This document shows positions 38,181 through 51,680 of a stretch of 64,000 nt of DNA, one piece after another. The translations under genes and the position numbers were made by a program. The notes under the pieces are model-generated. The model had not been told where the DNA came from. It saw nothing but the letters and a program-made list of their open reading frames with translations, and made no database searches. Source of the stretch: Octopus vulgaris (lineage: Eukaryota); NCBI GenBank assembly GCA_951406725.2, contig OX597815.1, positions 30,380,001 to 30,444,000 on the forward strand, given 5' to 3'. Every line of letters starts with the position of its first letter. Within the stretch, counting starts at the first letter, position 1.

Positions 38181-39121
38181 GGCGACAGAGGCTTAACGGC
38201 GATCCAAAATGCCTTCCAATGACGTGTCATATCCTTTCGGCAACACCCTTTAACCACCAAGTGTCGAAGAGGATCCCTTGATCAAGTTTGCATACATGAG
38301 GCTGATAAGATTTGGAAGGTGGGCCGGAACAATACCTGCCACTTTGAAAGGTATGCCTTTGCAATCCAGGAACAGGAAATATCAACCAAGTACCTGATGC
38401 ACAAAAAAGATAGAGATACAGGAAAAGCATGTGACAACCAATGCGAACTTTGTAGAGTTAACACCGAAGATATCACCCAGACCATAAGCAGTTGTCCAAA
38501 AATGTTATCACGGTATTATATACCGAGGGGATATGATGTTGTAGCTAGAACTCTCTATAATGATATCCGTCGGAGGGATAACTCTGAAAACAAAAAAAAA
38601 AGACAAAACAAAAAACAAAAAAGAGAATCCACAATATGGTAGAATCCATAGCTATTCATAATAAAAAGGGGTACTGGTGGAATGTACTAGTGAAGACCTC
38701 AATAAAATGTAGACACAACAGAACTGATATAATGATTTGGGAGAGAGAAGAGAAACTGTGCACAGTTGTGGAAGTTATCTGCCCAGCGGATGTTAACATA
38801 AAGTTGAAGATCAGTGAAACAAAGAATACCTACGCTGAACTATTGAGAAATCTGCAGTTGCTCTATCCAGATTACAAGTTCAGGTTTATACCTGTAATTA
38901 TTGGGTCATTGTTATATGTAACACACTGACTAAATACCAATTTTGAGAAATTAATCTTTTCAAAACCACAAAGGAGAAAGCTAATGAAGACTACAGATCG
39001 AATCCATGACCGGAACTGTAAAAATCTGTAAAACTTTCCAGAAGTTTATCATTTGAATATATATGAACATGTCTAGATATGCAACTGTATGCATGAGAAT
39101 AGATACAATAAACATACAAAT

Positions 39122-39166
<45 letters not shown>

Positions 39167-39320
39167 TACATACATACATACATACATACATACATACATA
39201 CATACAAAAATACCTTGTTGATGTTGAAATTCCAATGAAAGAGTTTTGGATCTAGGTTAGAAACCGGTTCTTTCTCTATTGGCAAGAAATCTTGAAATAA
39301 ACTGAATAATGACATACATA
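38179..39320 (+). pseudogene. 5'-truncated R4/Dong-like (REL endonuclease) non-LTR retrotransposon
   Basis: FAIQEQEISTKY, CELC...EDITQTISSC...YIPRGYDVVA (CCHC region), HNRTDIMIW...CTVVEVICPADVN...IPVIIG (PD-D/E REL domain); 3' UTR ends aataatgacatacata; (TACA)n at the 5' flank. Confidence 0.88.
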
Positions 39321-39342
39321 GAAACAAAAATTCCCTGTTGTA

Positions 39343-39441
39343 AATGTTGAAATTCCAATGAAGGTGCCCGGTCTAGGTTAGAATATGGCTCTTCCTCTAC
39401 TGGCAAGAAATCTTAAAATACAACTGAACTATGACTTACAT
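39343..39441 (+). repeat. Second, diverged copy of the R4-like 3' terminal ~100 bp
   Basis: tgttgaaattccaatgaa...ctaggttagaa...ggcaagaaatctt...actgaa repeats 39222-39320. Confidence 0.8.
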
Positions 39442-40954
39442 ATATTCCTGAGAATATCATGCCAGACTTAGCAAAATATGGCAGTCGGAACTCTGCCCTT
39501 ACAAGTCAACAAGTTGGATGAGGCAAAGCATAAACCGACAGAGTCACAGAACCACCACCAACCCACTAGAACAACACAATCACAACGGAAAATAAATATA
39601 CCCACCTTGACAAAAAACAAGTGGGAGTTGATGGTTTAAGTAAATCAAAATCTGTTGCAAAAGAAAGAACAATTCGAAGGGGCGATTTCCAAAATCTCAA
39701 AAATTGTTACAGATCCAAACGATCGTCAAATTAAGCTTAAGTTCCGGTTGATGGGGGAAGCTTCCACCGAGAAGATCAAATTGATTGGACTAGAGATAGT
39801 GTAGAATGTCCACTTTTTCAAACGGTCGCATAAGCAAACTACAAATTTATAATCTGCGCGGTCGACCTAGATAGGTGTAGATGACAAATCCGGTTACTGG
39901 AAACTGAACGCATTGTTTCCAGCGCGTAAAGTTTACACACTAAATTAGAAAATTAATTAAGCAGCTATTGACAGTGTCACTCGACAACAGACACTGGTAC
40001 GGAACTCGGAAGAGTGTGTTTGATAAATTTAGAAAATAAACTAGGGATAGAAAAATTAGCCTAGAGGGGGATTTAGTAAGTACATTAGAAGTAAAAAAAA
40101 CGTAATCATGAAAGAAAAACGTAATTAGGAAAGACGTCGCTACCTATGAGGAAGAGCCTCTTGGACATTTCTTTAACGTGAAACATAAAAGTTGCATTGT
40201 CACCGTTAAAGAATGTGCTGTGAAATCAGAAGGAACGAAAGCCATTAAATTAGCGCGACTGGCAAAAGATCTGCGTAGAACAAAACCAAATTCTATACTT
40301 AGTGAACTAGAACAAACATGTATTAATCGTTTCTAAACACTGTCAGCCTTACCGCCATGTTCTGCTCTATTCTTCGAGGCAGATGCTATAACATAAGGGT
40401 TAAAAATTTCAATGCCTGTCTCGACAGCCTGCGCTGTTCTCGACTGAAGAAGCAAAGTTCCATGGTGAGTCGATAAATGCACCTTAGATACAAATTGAAG
40501 TAAGTTGTTGTTCGAGAACCAAATCAACAGGTTTGGTTGGTCTGTCTTACGCGCTTTACACTTACATATCAGATTTTATTTTGGAGCTGACCTGGTAAAA
40601 TATTTTGAAATTTGCCACAGAACAGAAGCATTTCAATTTCTGTGAATCGGGAAGTGATTGTGCTACTGGGAAAGAATCCGAACAAGGAGGATGCCACTGA
40701 TAATTTCTGGCCCATAAATACAAAATACAGAGTTTAAAATTCCAATTAAGGTGTTAGCGAAACTAAATACATCCTACCCATACATCTGTGACCTCTTCAG
40801 CGAGTCTTCTCTGCTACGTGTAACCTTCTGTTATATGTATAAACTTCAATGCTTTTAGCTCATAGTTTTATGAAAAAAAGACAAGTCAATAATTTGGTCA
40901 TTGTATTTATAAGAAAACAGAAGCTAGCACTTCCCTATCAGAATATTATATATT

Positions 40955-41374
40955 ACTAAGGCGGCGAGCTGGCAGAAACGTTAGCACGCCGGGCGAAATG
41001 CTTTGTGGTATTTCGTCCGCTGCTGCGTTCTGAGTTCAAATTCTGCCGCGGTAAACTTTGCCTTTCATCCTTTCGGGGTCAATAAATTAAGTACCAGTTA
41101 CGCACTGGGTTCGATGTAATCGACTTAATATCTATGTCTGTCCTTGTTTGTCCCCACTATGTTTAGCCCCTTGTGGGTAATAAAGAAATAGGTATTTCGT
41201 CCGCCGCTGCGTTCTGAGTTCAAATTCCGCCGCGGTCGACTTTGCCTTTCATCCTTTCGAGGTCGATAAATTAAGTACCAGTTATGCACTGGGGTCGATG
41301 TAATCGACTTAATCCCTTTGTCTGTCCTTGTTTGTCCCCTCTATGTTTAGCCCCTTGTGGGCAATAAAGAAATA
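40955..41374 (+). mobile_element. SINE family A dimer with 15-bp TSD
   Basis: TSD agaatattatatatt at 40940-40954 and 41375-41389; junction aaagaaata|ggtatttcgtc near 41190. Confidence 0.93.
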
Positions 41375-41444
41375 AGAATATTATATATTCCCAGTGTTAG
41401 TAATCAATGATAAATGAACTTTGAAATCATTACCATCGACGAGT

Positions 41445-42260
41445 ATGACAAGAGTTTCCATGAGTGGAACAGTGCTTGAGTGTGCACAACAAACATTATT
41501 CTCAATTGCAAGGAGATTTCACTGTTTCAATCTAATCTGCGTCAAGTATGTAAATTGATGCAAATGGAAGAAGAATTTTTTTATGCATTAAACGAGAGAT
41601 TTTTGTAGCTCACGTACGTACTCACCCACAATGTTAACATGGTGGATTGTTTGAACATATTCTGAGCCACCAAATCATTTAATTATCTAAATATCCTCCT
41701 GCAAATTTCCTGGAATTATGTTCACATTTGAAGGAAAGATTTCTGAGGAAGGATATTTCATCCATTGTCATGCTAGTTTTGAGAAAACAATGTTGAATTG
41801 AGTAGTTTTAGCGATGATCGATAATTTAAATTCGAAAAACATCCTTTTCTCTGGGATTTGCGTTAAGGTATGGACATTGTACTAAATTATTATCTTCGAC
41901 TTTCACAATCCATAATTTTAACTTTCTAAGAAAAGCTTTGATTATACCTTGAATAAATTTGTACCTTCTCTTGGAGTTGAATATTCTGTTTATTCGAGAT
42001 TCTGCATGCGCCCGCAAGGTGTATAAGCTTTAAATTTTTCCACCACTCTTCCTCTTAATTACCACCGAAGAGAAGTGTAGCATAGTAACAACAAATCAGT
42101 AGCACATAAAATATTTTAAATAACAAGGACTCCCTGTGAATAAAGCACAGAACTCCGGTTACCGGTGGAACAAGCTCTTTCGGGAAGTTTAGACGCTAAT
42201 TCGACAAATGCATCATCAGCTGTAACATTAACAAAATTTCTTCATTTCAGGTTACTTATT
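41445..42260 (-). pseudogene. hAT transposase remnant (Buster/Charlie/ZBED8-like)
   Basis: Minus strand VTADDA (CTDGA-like), CFIHRESL, LLLCYTSLRW*LRGRV, IKAFLRKLKLW, ILLPFASIY (dimerisation domain). Confidence 0.8.
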
Positions 42261-42747
42261 TCAAGGAAATTGGTAGCAATTCGATGTTAGTATAGTTTAC
42301 AGAAATTATGATTTATAAATTAGGAGCAAAGCGAGAAATTTTGAGGACAGAGGGTTAATAGTAACCAAAGACTCCTGCACTTGATTTGCATTTCATTTTG
42401 TGGATGAGAAGCAAATTTCACTGCTAGCAGAATTTGAACTCAGAACGTAAAGAAATACTGCAAGGTATTTGGTGCTGTAATTATCCTACCAATTCTCCAC
42501 TTCAGTTTACAGAAATAATATCTATTTTTTTTTTTTACCACGCAAGAAATTATTCCTAAACCATTTCTTCAAAATATCTCCTGGATTTAAGTTTCTATGC
42601 AATAAACACACTGTTTGACATTTTAGATAAAGTCCGATGTCTGTAACGTTTAAGCCGTGCCAATTTAAACGTATTGTTTCAAACCTGATCTGGTAATATT
42701 GTTGTACTTCTGCTTTTCTGTTTCAAACCGTACATAATTATATTGAA

Positions 42748-43139
42748 CTAGCAGTATCGCCCGGCGTTGCTCGGGTTTGTAAGGGAAATAACTATATAAG
42801 CATTTTTAGAGATGTAAAGTATAATAGCCATCTCAATATAGCTAACCACAAAGGGGGGTGTTACTGTAGCTTTTTACGTTCTGAGATTTAATAATAAATT
42901 TTTAGATAGTTACTTCCCTTATATATGCCAAAAATGCATTAAAATGGGAAAATTGATGGTAAATTTTTTTTAAATCGTAGACTCATCGTAGACGCGCGCT
43001 AATACCCAGAAGGGCTCGATATGAATCACGACTATAAGATACCCGGTTTTGGTTAAACTGCATCGCAAAATGTGGGAGTAGTTAGGAATCTAAATCGTAG
43101 GAGACAGACAGCACACAACCTCTCTTTTATATATAAAGA
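42748..43139 (-). mobile_element. Non-autonomous Helitron (392 bp)
   Basis: Minus strand A|TC start at 43139, CTAG|T end at 42748, subterminal GC hairpin cccgagcaacgccggg (42760-42775), AT target, no TSD. Confidence 0.85.
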
Positions 43140-43449
43140 TTAAACTATTACTATAAGTTGTTGATATCTGTATACTGCCTAAGCATTCAAGCCTGATACA
43201 CTTGACAAAATTCGTCGAGGCCCACACTTGCACTAGGGAACAACTGATAAAATGTCTGAGTAAGAGATTTTATGTCTATTTTTTTTGTGAGCACTACTAA
43301 TTATAAGTTTATTCCAGACCTGGCTCAAATTTAACTAACCAAAAACACAAACCACGTTCATGTGTATCTATAAATCCATATACATACACAGACAGGTACA
43401 CGGATATATATGTATAATTTTAGGCATAGGCGACGTTCCTTTTTTCCAT

Positions 43450-43790
43450 AGGCGCAGACAGGGCTGTGTGGTAAGAAGCTTGCTTCTCAACTACATGGTT
43501 CCGGGTTCATTCCTACTGCGTGGCACTTGGGCAAGTAACTTCCACTGTAGCCTCAGTCGACCAAGCCTTGTGAGTGGTTTTGGTGGACGGAAACTGAAAA
43601 ACTCCCGCCTCATATATATATACATATATATATACACGACAGGCTTCTTTCATATATATATATATATATATAGAATAAGTACTAGGCTTACAAAGTATAA
43701 GCCCTGAGGTCGATTTCTTCGACGAATAATTCCTTTAAGGCGGTGTTCCACCATGACCACAGTCAAATGACTGAAACAAGTAAAAGACTA
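43450..43790 (+). mobile_element. SINE family B, partly deleted
   Basis: ggcgcagacagggctgtgtggtaagaagc...cttgggcaagt...gactgaaacaagtaaaaga. Confidence 0.85.
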
Positions 43791-43864
43791 AAATAATACA
43801 AGAATTGGCAAAAAGAAAATAGTATAAAATATTAAAATATCAGTACATTTTCACATGTGCATTC

Positions 43865-43866
<2 letters not shown>

Positions 43867-43931
<65 letters not shown>

Positions 43932-43952
43932 GAGAGGGGCGGAGTGAGAGAG
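43867..43952. repeat. (GA)n microsatellite
   Basis: Directly visible. Confidence 0.97.
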
Positions 43953-44919
43953 GGAGCAAATAGGTGAAGCTCTGGTGCTGCGATCTCTGTGGTGTTGACA
44001 ACTTGTTAAATTGTTTGGTTAATACCAAAATCCATAATATCACGTGAAGAAAATCTAATCAACTGGTGTGACATTAGAGGTTCATAAAGAACTGAATCTC
44101 AAGAAACTTTCTCAAGAAGTGAACATTCGCATAAAAAGCGTAGGAAATACTTTGCATGTGGTCTAGTGAATTTTGACATCTCATTCAGTACATACTAGCA
44201 CATGCGTCATGATCAACAAATGAAAATAATCTTTTGGTGAGAAATCAAATGCTATTTCTGAATATCGTGTTAATATGACGGGAACGTAAGACAGATTTCA
44301 TTTGCTGTAATAATAATAAATATTCTGAGTAAAGAGCAAGATGTTGGAAAAACATCAAGGCTTGTATAAAAATAAAAGAAAGGGAAAGAAAAAATATTGA
44401 AAAAAATATTCTATTCATTAACGAAAGACTTGTGAGCTTCAAACACTCGTGGAAATCAATTCCTTGAACTTAATGTCGCCGCTGATATTTTAACGATTAT
44501 ATTTAGTTATATTTAGTTTGATTAGCTTTGGATGTTCCGTCTGGAAATTTTCATATTTTGACTTCTTTATTAAAGTAATAATATTAATTTCATATAATTA
44601 AAGACCAAACTTTTGATGATATCACTAGTCTTGGTAAAATAAATGGTGGACAACTATGTATACAGACTGGACAAGCGAATAGGAGAAACTTGGAGTCCCA
44701 GTCAACTTAATCTTTATAATACATTTGACTCTAACCTCATTATATAGTCACACTATCAGTAAATGTGCCGTTGTTATTCTTAAGCTTGCTTTAACATAAC
44801 CTTACACATAGTCTCACTCACGCGCTCGCAGCGTGCGCACACATATACATATATGTGTGTTTATGTATGTGTGTGACTGTATGTTGCGTGCCTTTGTGTG
44901 GGAGCGTATGTGTTTGTTT

Positions 44920-46230
44920 TACTTCATACTCAGCCATGTTATCCACAGCATGCATAATATTTCTTCTAGTTGTATCAATCTGTAGGTTTAGCTTCCCTAT
45001 GAATTGCTTTTGAAAGTTGTTTCAGAGTTCTGCTCATTACTCGAAGTTAATTGCCACTTTTTGAATCATTGATGGAGCCTGGTGCATTGTCTAAAAGGAG
45101 CAACGCTGTGTTGTAAATATCTAGTTTGACACCTTACCTCAGTAAAGCAGGATAAAAAAGATTTGTAACCTCTTTTTCTTTTTCATCTTTGGCCTTCATA
45201 TTTGAATATCAAATCAGAGGTCGTTTAAATTTTCTGTAATCCTTGAAAATCCTTGGATGTTTGGAGTGATGCATGAGTAGAAGCTTTAATTTCATACTAC
45301 CAGCGGCATTTTCTCCCCATAAAAATGATCAAACGACATTTGGAAACTTTCAAACCTGGTGTTGATTGTTCTTGAAAAATAAAAATTTTAGCAAGCATGC
45401 GCTTCCAGAAAAGGGTTTTATGAACATTGTATATTTGTTCTGGTGTGAAGCACCACTCCAGTAATCCTTTTCCTCAACTGCTGAGGTTAATCTGTTACAG
45501 TCTTTGTATTCGTTGTGATAGCTTCACCAGTCGTTTTTGTGTCGTGTGGATTCAAACGCTTCTTTAACATTTGAAATAAGAAAATATTACTCATTAAAAA
45601 TTTCACTTTAATTTTTCTACTAATACTCAGACAAATATTGGGCTCCTCTTCAATTATCATATTGTTTATTACACATTATATCGAGGCTTATTGTCTATTT
45701 GTTTGTTCCTTCTCGAGCCATGCCTGGCTCATAAGGGCCGGTTTCCCGGTTTCTTGACGTATAGGTTCCCCACCTGGACGGGACGCCGGTCCGTCGCAGA
45801 TGAGCTGCAAGATGCAGGAGGAAAGAGTGAGAGAAAGTTGTGGCGAAAGAGTCAGCAGAAGTTTCGCCATTACCTTCTGCCGGAGCCGCGTTGAGTTTAG
45901 GTGTTTTCGCTCATAAACACACACATCGCCCGGTCTGAGATTCGAACCCGCGATCCCTCGACCGCGAGTCTGCTGCTCTAACCACTATTGTCTATGCATA
46001 CACTGAAGAGGCGTTCGATTTTAAGCATCATCCTAAGTCCATGAAAAATATACTCTGAGCAGTTAACAAAGTATCATATTGAGTACTCGATTTTCTCTCT
46101 GTTGTCCCATATTGCTACTATTATCTCCCATATCAAGCCTTTTAAAAATATCAAATTCAATATCCGGTATAATTCTTTTAAGTTTCCTTCTTGCCATACT
46201 GCTTTTTGTTCCATTTCACGGATATTTCCA
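44920..46230 (-). pseudogene. Tigger/pogo transposase remnant, interrupted by SINE D
   Basis: Minus strand KLKRIIPDIEFDIFKRLDMG (HTH start), FTPEQIYNV..LFWKRM, PGLKVSK, NAAGSMKLKLLLMHHSKHPR, ALLLLDNAPG. Confidence 0.8.
45699..45985 (-). mobile_element. tRNA-derived SINE related to family D, with TSD
   Basis: Minus strand gtggttagagc...gggttcgaatc, gcgacggaccggcgtcccgtccag, gaaaccgggaaaccgg; TSD tattgtctat at 45689-45698 and 45986-45995. Confidence 0.88.
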
Positions 46231-46978
46231 GACATCTTGACTTGTAGGTAACTCCATCAGTGGCATCAATCAGTAATTAAACACAACAAATATTGTAAAA
46301 AAAAAAGTAGCGACTAGAAAGCAACGTTTTATAAAAGCCAAAAACTTGTGTTATTCTTATGGGTATAACAATGGAATTAAGAATGCGACACGACAGAGTG
46401 AGATGGAAGTGAGTACTGAATGATTATAGCTACTTGAACGGTTATTCGGTACCTGAGCACTTCACCATTTACAACTATGACATAAATAATAACACCTCCA
46501 CAATCTACCCTCTCTGTTGCACATACACACATATATACACACTCAATTGTGTTAGCATACAACATATAGCTACAGATATTGCTATCGCGCTGATATTAAT
46601 ATTGCTGCTGTGAGTATGTTATTAAAAAGTTAGTGGATAGAATGTGGTGGTAGTGTGCAGTGTATTGGTTTTACGTAGGCGTTAGTAATGGTAGTGATGA
46701 TGATGAAAGTGATGGTGACGACGGCGAGTATATTTGATGGTAGAGGTGTTCATATTGTTTTTGATAACTGTATTATTGTTGTTGTTGTTGTTGTTGTTTA
46801 GTCTCAAGTTCTTCCTCTTTAATCTCAGATCAAAAAGATTTCATTCAACTTTTAAAATACACTAGGGCACCACAATAGCTTATATCATTGTCTCTTATTT
46901 TAGATGAAGTTGCTAATCTTGTACTTGTTTTTGGTCTGGTCTTTACCGAGCTGGTGGTTGGTAATGGTAGTTGTTGTT

Positions 46979-47201
46979 CATTAATCCCTCGCCTTATCGC
47001 GGTTCACCTATCGCGGTTTATTATTTAAGCTTATGTCGATTCCACCGTGATGTTGATTTGCATTTATAGTAAAATAAATATATACAAATTATAAAAATAA
47101 TTTTTAAAAAATATACAGTAGAGTAGTGTTTCAATGCAGATTTTCACCTATCGCAGGGTGTGTGGTGGAACGTAACACCCGCGATAGTCGAGGGTTTACT
47201 G
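46979..47201. mobile_element. Tigger-type MITE
   Basis: Imperfect TIRs cattaatccctcgccttatcgcgg / ccgcgatagtcgagggtttactg, with TA on the right flank. Confidence 0.75.
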
Positions 47202-47728
47202 TATTGGCTTTAGTGTTGATAGATTGTGTATGTGTGCGAAGAGAGGAGGATGAAAAATCATTTAGACGTGCGCACTTGCGCGCAAACACACGCCCCCGTC
47301 CCCCGCACACAGGAATTTTTAGACAGCTACACATTAAGACACTCAAAATAAGCAAAAACACTTACGCACTTATATGTAAATACGTATATGCATGTATATG
47401 TGCATATCAAGATTTTAGTTTTTCAAATTGTGAATTATAATCTTAGCGAAAACACTAAAAACCATCGTTTTGGATAAGGCGAAGGCTTAAATTTTAAATT
47501 CGATTCTAACTTTGTCAGGGCAAAATTACAGACCGTATCTCGAAATTAGTGGTCATAATATACAATTTATTTTGAAATTCCGTTACCCGAGGTAGCCAGA
47601 ACGCAGGAATCACACACACACACACACACACTGACACACAAGCATAAACACAGCCATATTTATAGGTCCGTTTAACATCAGTTACGCCTGTCTGACTGTC
47701 TGTCTATCTATCAGTCTCTCTTTCTCTC

Positions 47729-47792
<64 letters not shown>

Positions 47793-48257
47793 AGTATATA
47801 GTTAACAAATGCTTTTATGATTATAAATGTGAAGATTATATAATTATAAAAACTGAAAGTTAACTGAAAAAGAACTCCACGTGAATCATTCTATACTGGT
47901 TGTGTAGCGAGTTTCTAAGTGAGGCAAATGTAAAATTTCGTTCTTGCGAAGCAAACATAACTTATTAATACACCACGCGACTCCTCCACTCGATATTCCA
48001 AACATAAATGCATTGCAAATATACAAATAAGTAACAATAGTAACTAGTATAATCGTATCTAGTATGACGTACAACAATGATAATATCACTTGCAGTAGAT
48101 CTATGAATAATGTAACATCATAATAGCATAATAATAACAGAATGCTGATATTCCAATACACAAAACAACTTTATTAGTCAAATTAAATATAACTAAAAAA
48201 ATGGAATTAGTAGACCTAAATTTTTTGAGATTAAATATGTAACTAAACATGTAGTTA

Positions 48258-48329
<72 letters not shown>

Positions 48330-48349
48330 ATATGTACACTCACTGCGAC

Positions 48350-49725
48350 AAATATAATGCCAATATTAGAAATTCTAATGTAAAACTTAAGCTAAGAAAT
48401 ACTTTAATCAATTCTGACATAAGTTAATATAAATACTAGCACTTCTTCAAATAGACCTACAAAGGAAATGCATAAAATCACTACCAGAAGAGGGAAAACA
48501 GAAAGATTAAAAAGAGAAAAATAAATGTAATTTTATTTAAAGCACCTTATGCAAAACAAAAACAAACAAAATAAAAAAGGAACAAAAACATTAAGAAAAA
48601 TATGTCTAAAATTTTCGTTCATATTTGAAACCAGAGCATTCTTCTTAGCAACAAGTATCACTGCATTTCTAATAAATACACAGTCAAATTCTCTTACTCT
48701 GCAACAACAAATCTTGCGGATATTATAGAAAACCCTGACGTCTGTAAAATGAATAACTATAACAAGAATATGCCGTAAAATCACTCGCTATCCTTAATGA
48801 TTGTACAGCTCTAAAATGGGTGAAATTGAGAATAGAGAGTATGCAGAATATTGAAAGCAATATTGCAAAATCCAATGCAAATACCCACATCTCTTCATAA
48901 CAGCCAACAACTTGATGGTAACGGAATAAAAGAGAATAATACAAATGTTGATAATTCTGTACACCAAGCCAACAAAATAAGGAAAGAAACTAACATTAGT
49001 AATTTTCATTTCAAAAAGAGTAATTATAACCTTAATGTATCTGAATACAAGCTCTTCACAATCTACCAATGTGTAACAGTTAAATCAGAAAAATCAAATA
49101 ATTTTTTTTAATGAGAACGAGAAGATAGCATAAGTAGCGATAATAATAATCATCATAAAGTAGATACAAAAGATAGCCATATATGTTGAGACACGTTATG
49201 AATGCGAGATAGCTTCACAAAATAATGAATTTATGGTTTTATGGTTTTCAAATAGTTAAGTATTATAAGTTTTACTCTCCCTCAATTTGGCTGAAATATA
49301 ATCTTACAGAACCAAATGGTTTTACTTCAAAGAAATATTGATTTATGACTCTGACACTTAAATTGTCTTTTTACCCTATCCATAAAGGATAGATTCTAGT
49401 TTCTATTAGACTTGATAAACTAGTCTATAAATTAGAACTAACCCCCACCCCCATTAGTAAATCTGAATAACAAAATTAAATCAATGATAAACAGTGTCTT
49501 TCTTTGAAAAAAATCTCAGTTACAACTATGATGTTGTTGATGAAACGTGTTCTTTGTCTATCTACTTATCCTCTTTGTGATTTTAGATAATAAGAAAACT
49601 ATACAAATGAATCTTTCGAATTTAACTAAATTCTATATTTTTATGCAGCTGAAGATTGCTCAGCATTTTAAAACTGATGTAATATTTGCATTGTTCAATT
49701 AAATGGAGTCGTGTGAAACTGGTCT

Positions 49726-49730
<5 letters not shown>
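48350..49730 (+). pseudogene. Highly decayed Penelope-like element (RT-to-GIY-YIG linker and 3' end)
   Basis: LFKAPYAK (WFNPPY-like), NKYHCISNKYTVKFSYSATTNLADII (HK..KIFN..TVK.SYS...N...II-like), a C.LC-like remnant near 49545, degenerate CTGAAGA...GAAAC at about 49649-49719. Confidence 0.6.
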
Positions 49731-49779
<49 letters not shown>

Positions 49780-49840
49780 TCTTGACTTGTAGGTAAATCC
49801 ATCAGTGGCATCAATCAGTAATTATACACAGCAAATATTG

Positions 49841-49841
<1 letters not shown>

Positions 49842-49876
<35 letters not shown>

Positions 49877-49924
49877 TTCATGCATTCATTCATACATACA
49901 TTCATACATACATACATACATACA

Positions 49925-49982
<58 letters not shown>

Positions 49983-50018
49983 TGTATGTATGTATGTATG
50001 TATGTATGTATGTATGTA
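49842..50018. repeat. (TACA)n directly abutting (TATG)n
   Basis: Orientation switch near 49953. Confidence 0.95.
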
Positions 50019-50118
50019 TTGATAGAAATGGTAAGGCAACAAAAGAATGAAAGAGACCTCGATATTATGTAAATAGAGGAATTTATCCGTAAATTTAATA
50101 TATGACAATTATATTTAC

Positions 50119-50165
<47 letters not shown>

Positions 50166-50167
50166 TA

Positions 50168-50332
50168 CGAAGAGCTCCACTGAATTTCCGTCTACCAAAT
50201 TCACTTGGAAGGCACTAGTCGGTCCAGACCTATAGTAGTTCACACTCGACTAAAATACCACGCAGTGGGATTGAACAGCAAACCATGTGATTGCAAAGCA
50301 AACTTCATAACCATAGAGCCATGTCTGCACCT
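50168..50332 (-). mobile_element. SINE family B 5' half, diverged
   Basis: tttccgtctaccaaattcac...ccacgcagtgggattgaac...aaccatgtg. Confidence 0.75.
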
Positions 50333-50700
50333 TTACTTAGGTTCTTTCAATTTTAATTGTTCCCGTTTTTAACTGGATATGTTTATCTTTTTTTTTTTTC
50401 CCGTTTGGTTTGTAATTAACTTTACACTGAATGACAACGAGTGTTTTATTCCAAACATTTCCGCTACCAGTCGTAAAAATCTGTTCCTTATAGACTAGCG
50501 TTCACATATGCTGCAGTAATTTAGTATAGTAATGTTTTTGAGCTTTCCCATAGAGAACAGTCCGACTTGCGAAAACAATATTTGCTATTTAGCTTCCAGA
50601 AATTGTATCCTGTCGAGAGCTAACGAGCCTGGTTAGTGCATATACATTTGGATAAGCAAGTTGATATGGCATTTCGAAAGGTTAATCGATATTAGTTTTC

Positions 50701-50760
<60 letters not shown>

Positions 50761-51387
50761 TGTGTACATGTATATGTATGTGTGTACATAGATCTGTTTG
50801 CATGCTTGTATATCTACATATATATAAATATATATACGTGTGCGTGTGTGTGTGTGTCTGTGTGTCTGTGTCTGTGTATGTGTGGTTAAGTAGTTAAAAT
50901 CATATATTATTATTTGAACGTTTAAAAGCTGAATTATTATCAAATTGGTGATAAAAAGAAAATAACGTATTCCAGGCGACCAATATAATTTTTTATGACT
51001 AAACACGTGAGACAAATTCGTTTGCAAAAGCTCTTTCATTGAAGTGCAGCCTTATCGTAACTCCGTGAAGAATTATCAAGGGAATTCTAATGTAAACATA
51101 CTAAAATGTACATAATATTTCGTGAAATTGAAATTTTATGAAGTGTCATCTACAAACACAAACAAGTCTGAAGATTTCTCCTGTAATTACTGATGTAACA
51201 TTAATAATATTGATTATTACAAAATATGTATATGAATGTACATTGTTCACAAGTCTAATACATTTTATACTTTTATGTTGCAAGCATTAAATATAGTTTT
51301 ACTCACTAGACTTTTAAATTATGGAGGTGGTCTTTTGGGGAATGCGGATTGACGTGTTGGCCTAGATAAGCAGTATAACTGTATCTT

Positions 51388-51606
51388 ATGATGAGTGGCA
51401 AAAGGGGAAGAGGCCGACCAAGAACCCGCTGGCTTGACACCATCAGGAGTGACACGGGAATGGCCATAGCCAATCTGAAAGAAGCGACCCAAGATAGACC
51501 TGGCTGGAGAACACTGATCCATCGAGTAACCGAGAGTCGACTTCGACGTAGCGGATAGATAGATAGATAGATAGATAGATAGGTAGATAGATATATATAT
51601 ATATAT

Positions 51607-51680
<74 letters not shown>
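51388..51680 (+). mobile_element. RTE (BovB-like) 3' end with (TAGA)n tail
   Basis: SGKRGRGRPRTRWLDTIRSDTG...ATQDRPGWRTLIHRVTESRLRRSG* followed directly by (TAGA)n. Confidence 0.85.

Noticed and set aside
39450-40330. Possible second decayed gag/ORF1-like remnant
   Set aside because: Purine-rich and coding-like, but no motif could be read with confidence.
40333-40720. Two candidate minus-strand exons ending in gtaagt and gtaagg
   Set aside because: Phases do not join without a stop and the peptides are unrecognisable.
45930-45990. tRNA gene (GGTTCGAATC), also at 25560-25630
   Set aside because: These are SINE heads continuous with SINE bodies and TSDs; no complete acceptor stem.
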